Positions 1-9,843 of a stretch of 64,000 nt of DNA are shown here, in pieces (positions within the stretch are counted from its first letter, which is position 1; every line of letters starts with the position of its first letter). The stretch is from Candidatus Cloacimonadales bacterium (GTDB lineage Bacteria; Cloacimonadota; Cloacimonadia; Cloacimonadales; JAIOQZ01). The stretch lies in the NCBI GenBank assembly GCA_963665815.1, contig OY762463.1:1696001-1760000 (forward strand), given 5' to 3'. The translations under genes and the position numbers were made by a program. The notes under the pieces were generated by a model. That model had not been told where the DNA came from. It saw nothing but the letters and a program-made list of their open reading frames with translations, and did no database searches.

Positions 1-81
1 AGATAATTAAATACGTTTTCGGCAACAAAAGGTGCTTTGGGAAACGAAGTTGCCGCATTATCGAAATAGATCATTTTAACC

Positions 82-2373
82 TCACTTCTCAGAAGGTACT
101 ACAATACCTTTGATGATTATGTTCTGGAAGAAAACAAACACAAAGAAAGTTGGAATCGCAGCAATTACAAGAGCTGCAAATCCTACACCCGCAGAACTCC
201 TCTGCATAAGCTGATAGATATGAACCATAATCGTCCACATTTCAGAGTCCTGACACACAATAAAAGCAAACATAAAATTTCTATAGGCTGCATTAAAAGC
301 TCCAAGAGCTATAACTGCCATAATTGGTTTAGATAGTTTCATGGCAAATTGCCAGAAAATCCTGAATTCTCCTGCTCCATCGATGTTAGCGCTCTCGAAA
401 ATCTCTTTCGGAAGAGAATCAAAGAATCCTTTCAGCAGGAATATAAAATATCCATCTGCTGCTCCCGGGAGAATCAATGCCCAGAATGTATTGAGAAAAT
501 TCAGTTTCTTCAGCAGAATGAAGTTCGGTATCCCCATCACCATTGGAGGGAATGCCATTGTCAGCATAAATATAAGTATAAACTTGTATGTCCCGGGTAA
601 CTTGAATCTACTCATGGAGTAAGCTGCCAACGGATTGACCACCAGAGCTGTCAGTATTGCCAGGAAACAGTATATCAGTGTATTAAATACGGCTCTTCCG
701 CTGAACAACATCACATCAAGAACCATAGCATAATTACGAATCAGAAACTCACGTTTTATCTCACCTTTGTTTTCCATAAAAAGGAAATGATCGAAGTTAA
801 AGTTATCTACCTGTATATCATCAAAATTGGAATACTTAAGACCATAGTTTGTGTTTAACACATTAATCGTTGCATACTTGTCTGCAAGAAATTGTTTCCA
901 GTTTGATTCTTCTGCTTTAGTTTTTACAGTCAGGAACTTTCCTGATCCCTTAGCTGCGATATATTTTTTGAAAAGGCTTTTGTCTTTCTCGAAAACAGCT
1001 TTTGGATGTACATTTGTCAGAGCTTTGTAGTTCAACCCACTTGTTTTATTCAACTGAGTTAACACATCCTTATCTTCATCTGTATCATACAGTTTTTTAA
1101 GGAACTGATGAAAATTCTGCTGTGCTTCCGGCTTTACGGATATGTTACTGATATCGGCTTGTTGACGTATAAAATCAACCCAGTCCTGTTTGTAATTTAA
1201 ATTCTCTGATGGAATCTCTTCCGGTAAACTAACACTAGAAAAAGTTGTATATGCTACTGAGTTTTCAGTCTCAAAGTTTTGTATAGTACCATATTTCTTT
1301 TCTAACCAGTCTCTGAACGCAAAATTCACATGCTGAAGCTGGAACTGCTCAGGCATAGCAATATGAGAAATAAAATGGACATAGTCCTGCAGCTGAGATT
1401 CAGCACAGTTTCTCACATCAGGAAACACTATATCCTCGAATGAATAAATCTCAATATCATACACTTTGGAGATAACTTCAGTACTTCCGTACTTGTCTTT
1501 CAAGTAGTTTCGGAACTCAGGCAAAGCTTCATCTTTCACATTAATGAATATTGGATTGAGGTAGTTCTTCACAAAACTGATCCAGTGATCTTTCAGTTCA
1601 TTGTCTGGTACTTCCCTGCTTAGAACAATCTGACTCCATGATTTGAAGTCTGTACCCAGCTTTTCATTCATGCCAGCAAGATCATCCCCATAAATCGGAT
1701 AAAGTTCTCGGAGAATAAAATCACCATCCAGGTCAAAGTATATCTTATAATCAAGTTTAAGATTTTTTTTAAATTTATTAAACGCCTCATACATACCGGC
1801 AGCATTAAAATTGTAGTTACGAGATGATATCTGTCGCTCTTCTATAATTACTTCATCCCAGGTTATAGCATCGGAATTGTACTTTTCATTGAACTTTAGG
1901 ATATCACCACCTGACTCGGTTTTCATCTTCTTTCTGAATACTCTTTCATTCCTTGTATATACTCCCCTTCCATGCTGTTCTTGAGAGTAATATTCTGCAG
2001 CATCTGAAGATTCATCATATTCAGTCAAAAACTCTTTCCAGTTCTCGTAGAAGTTATGGTTTGTGATTTCCGGAGAGTTTACATGAAAGAAATCAGGAAA
2101 TCTTCCTTTGTACTGAGTTTTCAGTATGTTAATTTCCTCATTATATCTTGCTTCAACAAACTTTTTGTACAGTACTTCGTTATTATAGAAATACTTTGGA
2201 ACAATGCTCATGTTCTTGGAGTCAACATTACTCTTGAAAGATGCAGAAAGCATTATCAGGAACGGATAAATCATTGTGATTGCACCAAGCAAAAGCACAA
2301 TATGTATAGACGAATTCAGTGCTTTATATGAAAATTTCTTCTTACCAACTTTTCCTATGATAGCCATAATCAA
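82..2373 (-). CDS. Carbohydrate ABC transporter permease (MalG-like) with ~500-aa extracytoplasmic insertion
   Basis: N-terminal TM 'IYPFLIMLSASFK', C-terminal MalG-type TM bundle with EAA loop 'EIFESANIDGAGEFRIF'; long soluble insert with repeated F..(W/Y/F)L..KY motifs. Confidence 0.85.
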   Translation of the reverse strand: MIMAIIGKVGKKKFSYKALNSSIHIVLLLGAITMIYPFLIMLSASFKSNVDSKNMSIVPKYFYNNEVLYKKFVEARYNEEINILKTQYKGRFPDFFHVNSPEITNHNFYENWKEFLTEYDESSDAAEYYSQEQHGRGVYTRNERVFRKKMKTESGGDILKFNEKYNSDAITWDEVIIEERQISSRNYNFNAAGMYEAFNKFKKNLKLDYKIYFDLDGDFILRELYPIYGDDLAGMNEKLGTDFKSWSQIVLSREVPDNELKDHWISFVKNYLNPIFINVKDEALPEFRNYLKDKYGSTEVISKVYDIEIYSFEDIVFPDVRNCAESQLQDYVHFISHIAMPEQFQLQHVNFAFRDWLEKKYGTIQNFETENSVAYTTFSSVSLPEEIPSENLNYKQDWVDFIRQQADISNISVKPEAQQNFHQFLKKLYDTDEDKDVLTQLNKTSGLNYKALTNVHPKAVFEKDKSLFKKYIAAKGSGKFLTVKTKAEESNWKQFLADKYATINVLNTNYGLKYSNFDDIQVDNFNFDHFLFMENKGEIKREFLIRNYAMVLDVMLFSGRAVFNTLIYCFLAILTALVVNPLAAYSMSRFKLPGTYKFILIFMLTMAFPPMVMGIPNFILLKKLNFLNTFWALILPGAADGYFIFLLKGFFDSLPKEIFESANIDGAGEFRIFWQFAMKLSKPIMAVIALGAFNAAYRNFMFAFIVCQDSEMWTIMVHIYQLMQRSSAGVGFAALVIAAIPTFFVFVFFQNIIIKGIVVPSEK

Positions 2374-2375
2374 CC

Positions 2376-4817
2376 TTAATCGGAATTAACCGTTTTAAAT
2401 TCCATTTTTGATATTTTTCTTAACTGGATTATAGTGAAGCCCATAAGCATTATACCAAGCATCCATGCCATTGTTGTAGCAACGCCAAACTTGAGATACA
2501 GATAAGCTTTTTCGAATATAAGCAGGTCAGCAACCTTTGTAGCTTCGTTCGGACCACCTGCGGTCATTACAAGAATAAATCCACTCTGCTGTGCAGATGC
2601 AATAAATGCTGCTATAAACTGTATTATAATAAGGGACTTGAGACTTGGCACAACAATGAACCTGATCTTCTGAAAAAAAGTTGCTCCGTCAATATCTGCT
2701 GCCTCGTAATTTTCATCAGGAATTCCCTTGAGTGCTGCGAGGTAAATCAAACACCCCGGCCCTACTCCTGCCCAGATTGTAGGCAGTATACATAATACCA
2801 TTGCCAGTGACTCGTCCTTTATCCACTTACTTGATTCGAAACCAAGTGCAAGCAGAATCTGGTTTAATCCCCCGGCATCGGACGGATCATACAGCAGTTT
2901 CCACAAATATATAACAATTACACCGCTTATAACAGCAGGTAAATAATATATCAACCTATAGAGTATCTTACCGTGAGACACTTCCTGAAGCATGATTGCC
3001 AGAATAATTGGAGGAACAAAACCAAGTCCCAGAGATAGAATCATATATTGCAATGTTCGCCATAGAGAACTCCACCATACTGAATCAAAAAGGACATCAG
3101 CGAAGTTCTGGAGTCCTATCCATTCCGAGTTTCCAACTACCTGATAATCCTGAAAAGCCATCATTGAACCCATGAGCATGGGTATGTATTTCCACAGAAG
3201 AATTGAGCCGACAGCCGGTATAATCATCAGATAGGCAATAACGAGAAATTTATTGTTCTTTCTCTTACTCTGGTAAGCCGGTTTATGGTCAAATGTCTTC
3301 CAGGCAAGCACAAGTGCAGTAGTGAAGAATATCATAATAAAAATTGCCACAAATACAGCTATACTGTTTCTCTTTTTTCTTTCTTCGGGAGATATTGTCC
3401 CGATCATCTTTTCATTAGTTCTATTAACTGCTGCATCCAGAATTTCTTTTATCTTAGCTCTCTTTTCTTCTCTGGTATCACCCAGTTGTCCTTTTTGTTC
3501 AAGAGCTATACAATCATCTATCGGATATGTCATAAACTCGTAAACCTTCTGACAATTCCTGCCGTAAGGTTCCGGTTTACCATTGTTTATAGATTCCTCA
3601 AATGTCCTGAACCAGCCTTCCGGTACAAAACGCAGAACTTCATCATAACCATACTTCTTTAAGTAAAGTGGATTCTGCATTCTACCGTATCCGGCTTCTA
3701 TCATAACCTTAAGACGTATTTTTCGTGCTTCTTCACTGTCGTAAAAATGAATGAATTTCCAGGCAGCCTCTCGAACTTCAAACGGATCCCTGTCACCCAA
3801 TCCTGAATTATTTGATATTCCTGCTCCTGCAAAAATCCCCATCATACGGCAGTTAATCTCAGAACCTCTGTCACCATGGGGTCCTGCAGGAGGTGGAGCA
3901 AGCCCATATAAATCAGGATCAATATTACCACCCAGACTCTTCTCATTCATATAGCTCATCTGCATGGCTATTTTACCATCGTCCCACATTCTGCCCCAGT
4001 CACCTTCTCTGATTACAAAACCTTCCTGATCCCTACCGTAAGAGTCTTTCCATTTGGTTGTGTTCAACTTCAGATAATACTCAAGAGCATCTACGCCTGC
4101 TTCCGAATTAAAAGTTGCCTCCCAATTGTCAGTTCCGGGAATTCTTGTTACGGCTCTCCCCCCTGCTGACCAGAGATAAGTAATCCAGTCATAAGCTGCC
4201 TGTGGACCTGAAGCCAGATGCATTCCGTAAATACCTTCATGAGGTATTGTCAGTTGCCGGGCATACCTGTACATTTCATCCCAGTTATCAGGAGGAGAGT
4301 CAGGATCAAGTCCGACTCTGGCAAAAAGGTCTTTTCTATACATAAGAACTCTCACAAGTGTCTCATAAGGAAACGCCCAGATATGTTCTTCATTATCTTT
4401 TTTTCGTTTTATAACAGGCCAGACAGGATCAGCTACCCGACCTTCCAGTTCTTCCTCCGGCACTCTCTTCACAAATTCATCCAGAGGATAAAGGAAGTTG
4501 TTCTGGATATATGTATCAGACTGTCGAAAGTTCACATATATCACATCAGGAGATACTCCACCTGCAATAGCCATTAACGGACCGGCATCCATGTTCAGGT
4601 CTTCAATCTGTATTCCTGAGAATGACTTAAGTTCTATGTGTGGATATTTTTCCTTGAATGCTCTTACAACAGCCTTTTCAGCTCTGCTGTAAGCATCAGT
4701 GGCTTTGGGGTCAGGTAATTTGAAGACTTTAAGTGTTATGGGATTTTGTCCCCATATAAAATTGATATTAGCAATGAAAATGAGAAAAATTATGATGGGT
4801 AATTTTAAATATCTCAA
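2376..4817 (-). CDS. Fused sugar solute-binding protein + MalF-like ABC permease
   Basis: TTG start, signal peptide, SBP-like region ('AIAGGVSPDV', 'PPDNWDEM'), C-terminal permease with 'ENYEAADIDGA' EAA loop. Confidence 0.85.
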   Translation of the reverse strand: MRYLKLPIIIFLIFIANINFIWGQNPITLKVFKLPDPKATDAYSRAEKAVVRAFKEKYPHIELKSFSGIQIEDLNMDAGPLMAIAGGVSPDVIYVNFRQSDTYIQNNFLYPLDEFVKRVPEEELEGRVADPVWPVIKRKKDNEEHIWAFPYETLVRVLMYRKDLFARVGLDPDSPPDNWDEMYRYARQLTIPHEGIYGMHLASGPQAAYDWITYLWSAGGRAVTRIPGTDNWEATFNSEAGVDALEYYLKLNTTKWKDSYGRDQEGFVIREGDWGRMWDDGKIAMQMSYMNEKSLGGNIDPDLYGLAPPPAGPHGDRGSEINCRMMGIFAGAGISNNSGLGDRDPFEVREAAWKFIHFYDSEEARKIRLKVMIEAGYGRMQNPLYLKKYGYDEVLRFVPEGWFRTFEESINNGKPEPYGRNCQKVYEFMTYPIDDCIALEQKGQLGDTREEKRAKIKEILDAAVNRTNEKMIGTISPEERKKRNSIAVFVAIFIMIFFTTALVLAWKTFDHKPAYQSKRKNNKFLVIAYLMIIPAVGSILLWKYIPMLMGSMMAFQDYQVVGNSEWIGLQNFADVLFDSVWWSSLWRTLQYMILSLGLGFVPPIILAIMLQEVSHGKILYRLIYYLPAVISGVIVIYLWKLLYDPSDAGGLNQILLALGFESSKWIKDESLAMVLCILPTIWAGVGPGCLIYLAALKGIPDENYEAADIDGATFFQKIRFIVVPSLKSLIIIQFIAAFIASAQQSGFILVMTAGGPNEATKVADLLIFEKAYLYLKFGVATTMAWMLGIMLMGFTIIQLRKISKMEFKTVNSD

Positions 4818-4839
4818 TGTATTTCCTTTTATTGCTTAA

Positions 4840-6753
4840 TTAGTGATTTTCGATACGTTTAAATCTCTTCTCCAGTTCTGTCAATGTCATTTTTATTATC
4901 AATGGTCTGCCATGAGGACAAAAATATGGTACTTCACAACTGAATAAGTCATTAATCAAAGCAACCATTTCTTTCTGTGACATTTTCTTACCGGCTTTTA
5001 TTGCAGCCTTGCAGGACACAGATTTTGCCAAACTGTCCCGGAAGTCAGATGTCTCAGAAAATTCATCTTGAAGCTGCTTAATTATATCGATAAAAACTTC
5101 TCCCCCATCCCAGTCTTCCAGTTCTGCAGGTATTTCTTCAATGACAATGGATGATCCACTGAAAGTTTTGAGACTGAATCCAATCTTATGGAAAATCTCA
5201 AGATTCTCGGAAATCAGTTCAGGTACAACATGCTGCAGGATTGGTGGAATATCTATTACAATTGGGAAAAGCAATTTCTGAGTCGGAGCTGGTGCTCCAT
5301 GAATTCTGTGCAGAATTTTTTCATAGAGGATACGCTCATGAGCAGCATGCTGATCAATCATCAACAGACCCTCTTCTATCTGTACAAGCACGTAAGACTG
5401 ATGCAGCTGCCATGGATTTATGAGTTCTTCTTCTTTACTGAGCAGGAAATAGTTCACGTGCTCCTCAGGTCTGTTAACCTGAGCATTCTCAGTAGAAGTA
5501 ATATCTGAGTTATCATCTGTCACAACGGATTTAACATCTGAAGGATAGTTCCTGTATTTTTCGTGGAAAAGATCAGGTTGATAGAGTTTCTGAAAACTAT
5601 CTCTCACATAGTTGTCAAAAACCGGTTTTGTTTCTTTATATTCAACTTTTTTTCTGTATGTATTTATTTCTGCTGCTGAGGGTTTCTCGAACGTAGTCGG
5701 TGATTCAAATTTCTTCTTGATCGACTGGAATTTCTCTTCTTCATAGGACATCAGTGCTTGAGTTATTGCCTGTTTCACAAAACCATGAACTGATTGTGCA
5801 TCTCTGAATCTTATCTCCAGTTTTGCCGGATGAACATTACAGTCAACCTGCTCGGGAGTAATATTGAAAAATAGTATATGAGGAGGAGTCTTGGCATTCT
5901 GGAAAATCCTGATTTTCTTAATGAATGGCTCATAAGCAGCCTTCAGACTGTGCAGCATTATCTTATCTTTGATGTATCTGCCATTGATGAATATATAATG
6001 ATAATCATTCATACCTTCTGTGATTTCTTCCAGACCTTTTATGAAACCGGAAATCTGCATTCCTTCTTTCTCATAGAAGATCTCGAACATATCACGTTTT
6101 TCGAAGTCACTTCCGAAAATACTGAGCATTCTGTGTTTTTTCGTCTGTACAACAGGATAATTAAGTCTGACTTTACCATTGATAATCAGCTTGAAATGAA
6201 CATGAGGATATAGTATTGCCTGATAGTACACATAATTGATAATATGTCTTGCTTCAACCTGTACAGATTTCAGGAATTTTCTTCTCGCAGGTATATTGGC
6301 AAACAATTGACGTACAATTATTGTTGTTCCGGTATTCCCGGATGTCTTGGTGGCATTTCTCATTACACCATTATCAATGTCCACCTGAGTAGCAATATCA
6401 TCTTCCTCAAGTTTGGTTATCAGAGTCATGTTACTGACAGCAGAAATACTTGGAAGTGCTTCTCCTCGGAAACCAAGCGTGCTGATTTTGAAGATGTCCT
6501 CTATCTTACTGATTTTACTGGTTGCATGTCTTTCGAATGATGTGAGAGCATCGTCCTCCGACATTCCACATCCGTTATCAACTACCTGAATAAGTTTTTT
6601 ACCACCATCTTCGATTGCAATTGTTATTGCAGTTGAGCCGGCATCAAGAGAATTTTCAACCAGTTCTTTTACAATTGAAGCCGGTCTTTCAACAACTTCA
6701 CCTGCTGCTATTCTATTTGAAATTTTTTCTGAAAGTATCTTAATTTTATTCAT
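4840..6753 (-). CDS. mutL: DNA mismatch repair protein MutL
   Basis: 'IAAGEVVERPASIVKELVENSLDA', 'GFRGEAL', endonuclease motif 'DQHAAHERILYE', 'CPHGRP'. Confidence 0.97.
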   Translation of the reverse strand: MNKIKILSEKISNRIAAGEVVERPASIVKELVENSLDAGSTAITIAIEDGGKKLIQVVDNGCGMSEDDALTSFERHATSKISKIEDIFKISTLGFRGEALPSISAVSNMTLITKLEEDDIATQVDIDNGVMRNATKTSGNTGTTIIVRQLFANIPARRKFLKSVQVEARHIINYVYYQAILYPHVHFKLIINGKVRLNYPVVQTKKHRMLSIFGSDFEKRDMFEIFYEKEGMQISGFIKGLEEITEGMNDYHYIFINGRYIKDKIMLHSLKAAYEPFIKKIRIFQNAKTPPHILFFNITPEQVDCNVHPAKLEIRFRDAQSVHGFVKQAITQALMSYEEEKFQSIKKKFESPTTFEKPSAAEINTYRKKVEYKETKPVFDNYVRDSFQKLYQPDLFHEKYRNYPSDVKSVVTDDNSDITSTENAQVNRPEEHVNYFLLSKEEELINPWQLHQSYVLVQIEEGLLMIDQHAAHERILYEKILHRIHGAPAPTQKLLFPIVIDIPPILQHVVPELISENLEIFHKIGFSLKTFSGSSIVIEEIPAELEDWDGGEVFIDIIKQLQDEFSETSDFRDSLAKSVSCKAAIKAGKKMSQKEMVALINDLFSCEVPYFCPHGRPLIIKMTLTELEKRFKRIENH

Positions 6754-6993
6754 CTGATCCTCAACACAACTTTTATCCTTTGCACAGTTTTGTAAACACT
6801 TTTCTGTACTCAGAAAACGGAAAAGATTTAGTTAACCATGAATAATGTTTCGATGCTCAATTAAAAAAATCAACATTATAATATTAATTTCTTGACAACA
6901 TTGAAAATATAAATACAAATTTAACAGAATTTAACATTATCAAACATTATGAAGCGCACAAGGAAAGTAAAAACATAAATATTTTAGAAACGT

Positions 6994-7075
6994 TCATTGC
7001 TCTATACCTATAGAGTAATGATCCTCCTAAAGTAGTCGCATGCTGGCCGGTTGTCTCCACAACCGGCTTTTTTTT
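6994..7075 (+). ncRNA. Candidate small RNA: 5' hairpin, CCUCCU linker, intrinsic terminator
   Basis: Hairpin tcattgctctata-cc-tatagagtaatga, then tcctcctaaag, then a GC-rich terminator; no CDS precedes it on this strand. Confidence 0.45.
7046..7075 (+). terminator. Rho-independent terminator
   Basis: gccggttgt-ctcc-acaaccggc followed by T8. Confidence 0.85.
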
Positions 7076-7142
7076 ATTTGAAATTTCTTGCCCTTTTATA
7101 TATGGCTGATAATCTGGGATTATTATTAATACAGGTTATAAA

Positions 7143-7685
7143 ATGAGTACAAAAAAGAAAAATCGAAACTCTTATAAGAAATCAAAAAAAAACAGCTTTA
7201 AGATTCCATATATCTGGATAATCATAATTGTAATTTCATTTAGTCTGATTTATGCTTCATGGCATGGAAAAAAGAATGAAAATAGCCAGAGTACTGATTT
7301 TCAATATAAAACTACTATTGTAAACATACAGAAATCTCTTTCTGACAAATCAATTCAGTTTAACGTAGAAATTGCTGACACTCCGGATCTAACTTCTCTG
7401 GGTCTGATGAATAGAGAATATCTTGCAGAAGATGCAGGTATGCTGTTTGTATTCCCTTATCCGGATAAACGCAGTTTCTGGATGAAGAATACTATTATCC
7501 CTCTTGATATAATCTTTATTGATGGCTCAGGCAAAATAATACAGATTTCTGAAACCACAACACCTTACAGCACTGAAAGCATTGTCTGTCTTAAACCGGC
7601 TCAATATGTTCTGGAAGTAAACGCAGGAATCACAGAGCAACATAAAATCAATATTGGCGATATCATCACCTGGGACAAATACTGA
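7143..7685 (+). CDS. DUF192 family membrane-anchored protein
   Basis: 'VEIADT...GLMNRE...GMLFVF...FWMKNT.IPLDIIFI...YVLEVNAG' plus N-terminal TM. Confidence 0.9.
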   Translation: MSTKKKNRNSYKKSKKNSFKIPYIWIIIIVISFSLIYASWHGKKNENSQSTDFQYKTTIVNIQKSLSDKSIQFNVEIADTPDLTSLGLMNREYLAEDAGMLFVFPYPDKRSFWMKNTIIPLDIIFIDGSGKIIQISETTTPYSTESIVCLKPAQYVLEVNAGITEQHKINIGDIITWDKY

Positions 7686-7697
7686 CAGATAGCAACT

Positions 7698-8531
7698 CTA
7701 CCTGTTCAGCTTTTTTTTTAACTCCACACTATACGAATTGTCATGCTTCAGAGGACCTATTCCCCTTCCAAGAATAACATCTTTATTCTCCTCTATAGCA
7801 CAATGAAGATATCTGTTTGCATGATAAACAGCATCCCTGATTGACATTCCACCTGCGATACAAGCTGCAATTGCCGAAGACAGTGTACATCCCGTTCCAT
7901 GGGTGTTCTGAGAATCAATTCTCTCATTACAGAAGATTCCGGCAGGTTTGTTAATAGTATCAAAAAGATAATCGCAACAGATTCCCGAATCCGAATGACC
8001 ACCTTTAATCAATACATTATCTATTCCAGCATCAATTAATCTTGAAGCACACCTGTTTAAGTCATTATCAGAGTTTATATAAAATCCGCATAACAGTTCA
8101 GCTTCCGGGATGTTAGGTGTAATCATTCTGCACAAAGGAAACAATTTCTTTTTTAACAGATCAACAGCATCAGGTTCAAGTAGTGTTCTTCCCGAAGTAG
8201 AGACTAATACCGGATCCAAAACAACATCAGCAATTTTTTGTTCCGAAAGAAATCCAATTACTTCCTCAATTATGAACCTGTCATAAAGCATGCCGATTTT
8301 CACTGCATCAATAACAATATCTTCCGCAAGAACTGATAGTTGCTCCCTGAAGTAATCCAAATTCACAGGATAAGTATTTTTCACACCAAGGGTATTCTGA
8401 ACAGTAAGTGATGTAACTGCGGTTAATCCATATATACCAAGCGAAGAAACTGTTTTGAGATCTGCCTGAATTCCTGCTCCGGAAGAAGGATCAGAGCCGG
8501 CAATGATAAGTACAGTCTTCAATCTATTCAT
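7698..8531 (-). CDS. thiD: Hydroxymethylpyrimidine/phosphomethylpyrimidine kinase
   Basis: 'IAGSDPSSGAGIQADLKT', 'VKIGML', 'NTHGTGCTLSSAIA'. Confidence 0.95.
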   Translation of the reverse strand: MNRLKTVLIIAGSDPSSGAGIQADLKTVSSLGIYGLTAVTSLTVQNTLGVKNTYPVNLDYFREQLSVLAEDIVIDAVKIGMLYDRFIIEEVIGFLSEQKIADVVLDPVLVSTSGRTLLEPDAVDLLKKKLFPLCRMITPNIPEAELLCGFYINSDNDLNRCASRLIDAGIDNVLIKGGHSDSGICCDYLFDTINKPAGIFCNERIDSQNTHGTGCTLSSAIAACIAGGMSIRDAVYHANRYLHCAIEENKDVILGRGIGPLKHDNSYSVELKKKLNR

Positions 8532-9124
8532 TTTCCCATCGCTTTCAACAAATTTCTATGAGTTGTCTCAAGTATTTTCCTGACACCAGACAGCATGGGT
8601 TCATTATGACCGGAGTATATCTTTTCAACTCCCAAAGTCATGATCTTTTCCAGAAAATCGTTATACGACTTGTAGCTGTACTCTATTTTATCTGTTCTGA
8701 AGTGAATGTTCGTATCTCCGGTAAACAAAGCTCTGTGCTCAAAATTATAAAAACATACTGAATCAGGGGAATGTTCCGATACTCTGATAACCATCAGATA
8801 ATCATCTCCCGCTCTGATAACCTGCCCATCTCTCAAATGATATCTGGGATCAGGTGCTTCATCAAGATGATAGACATACGGATTATATTTTTTGATAATA
8901 AAGTCCAATCCGTTTATATGATCAGTATGGTTATGAGTAAGCAGAACCTGCTGAATCGGATTTGACTCATTTATCCCAAATTTTCTCAATTTCTCAATTA
9001 TATCTTTATCACCACCGGCATCAATCAACGTGTTAATTGTCTTTCGTGAGTTACCACTGGATGTAAGCAGATAGTTGTAACTGCAAAAAGTAAGTTCTTT
9101 TGGCCTGACCACTGTGATTTTCAT
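8528..9124 (-). CDS. MBL-fold metallo-hydrolase
   Basis: HxHxDH 'THNHTDH', 'EHSPDS', 'FTGD', 'YSGH'. Confidence 0.9.
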   Translation of the reverse strand: MKITVVRPKELTFCSYNYLLTSSGNSRKTINTLIDAGGDKDIIEKLRKFGINESNPIQQVLLTHNHTDHINGLDFIIKKYNPYVYHLDEAPDPRYHLRDGQVIRAGDDYLMVIRVSEHSPDSVCFYNFEHRALFTGDTNIHFRTDKIEYSYKSYNDFLEKIMTLGVEKIYSGHNEPMLSGVRKILETTHRNLLKAMGK

Positions 9125-9723
9125 ATCTTCCTGAAAACTAAAGTCCGAGGTTCAATCTGTATAAACAGCTCATTCATACTTGGGCACAAATCCTGAGGTT
9201 GTCCAAGAGTTAAAATACCATCATCATTCAGTGAGTTATAAAACATCTCGAAAACCTGAGTTTTCAAAGGTTCTTCAAAATGCATTGTAGTATTCTTCGA
9301 GATAATTGCATTCAGGTTTTTTGCAACCGGAACAAGACTGAGCAGATCATGCTTGATATATGAAACATTATTCCTGATTTCTTCGGATATCTGATAATTC
9401 TTATTACTATTCAAGTCTGTGAAGTACTTTTCAAACAGTTCTCTTGGCATTCGGGTTAACTGATTTTCCGGATAAATACCCTGTTCAATAAATTCTGCAA
9501 ATCTGTTACTGATATCAATATCCGAAGAAATCAAATCCAGTTTAGAATAGTCTTTTTCTCCAATTTTATGGTGAAGCAGCATTGCAAATGAAAATGGTTC
9601 CTGCCCGTATGCACAACCGGCATCCCACACCTTGACTGAATCACAGTCAGTAAATCGATCTTTTAAATGAGTTACAGTACACTCCAGAGCCTCTGAATCT
9701 CTGAAAAAATATGAAAAAGCCAT
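9121..9723 (-). CDS. CheR-like SAM-dependent methyltransferase, catalytic domain only
   Basis: 'YFFRD', 'VWDAGCAYGQEPFS', 'SSDID', 'HDLL'; lacks the N-terminal CheR helical domain. Confidence 0.8.
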   Translation of the reverse strand: MAFSYFFRDSEALECTVTHLKDRFTDCDSVKVWDAGCAYGQEPFSFAMLLHHKIGEKDYSKLDLISSDIDISNRFAEFIEQGIYPENQLTRMPRELFEKYFTDLNSNKNYQISEEIRNNVSYIKHDLLSLVPVAKNLNAIISKNTTMHFEEPLKTQVFEMFYNSLNDDGILTLGQPQDLCPSMNELFIQIEPRTLVFRKI

Positions 9724-9843
9724 TACAAATCCTTCATAAATTACACAATTAGTATATAGTATACATCAACAAACAGCCTGATATTACACAGGTTTATTTA
9801 TTTAAAACATAAGCTGTCAGAAAAAACATACAACTAAATTAAG

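Noticed and set aside
20..56. cggcaac...gttgccg inverted repeat at the window start
   Set aside because: Short stem with a long loop and truncated context; cannot distinguish terminator, REP or chance
9724..9843. TPP riboswitch upstream of the thiD-containing operon
   Set aside because: No GCTGAGA or other TPP aptamer core visible; region is very AT-rich
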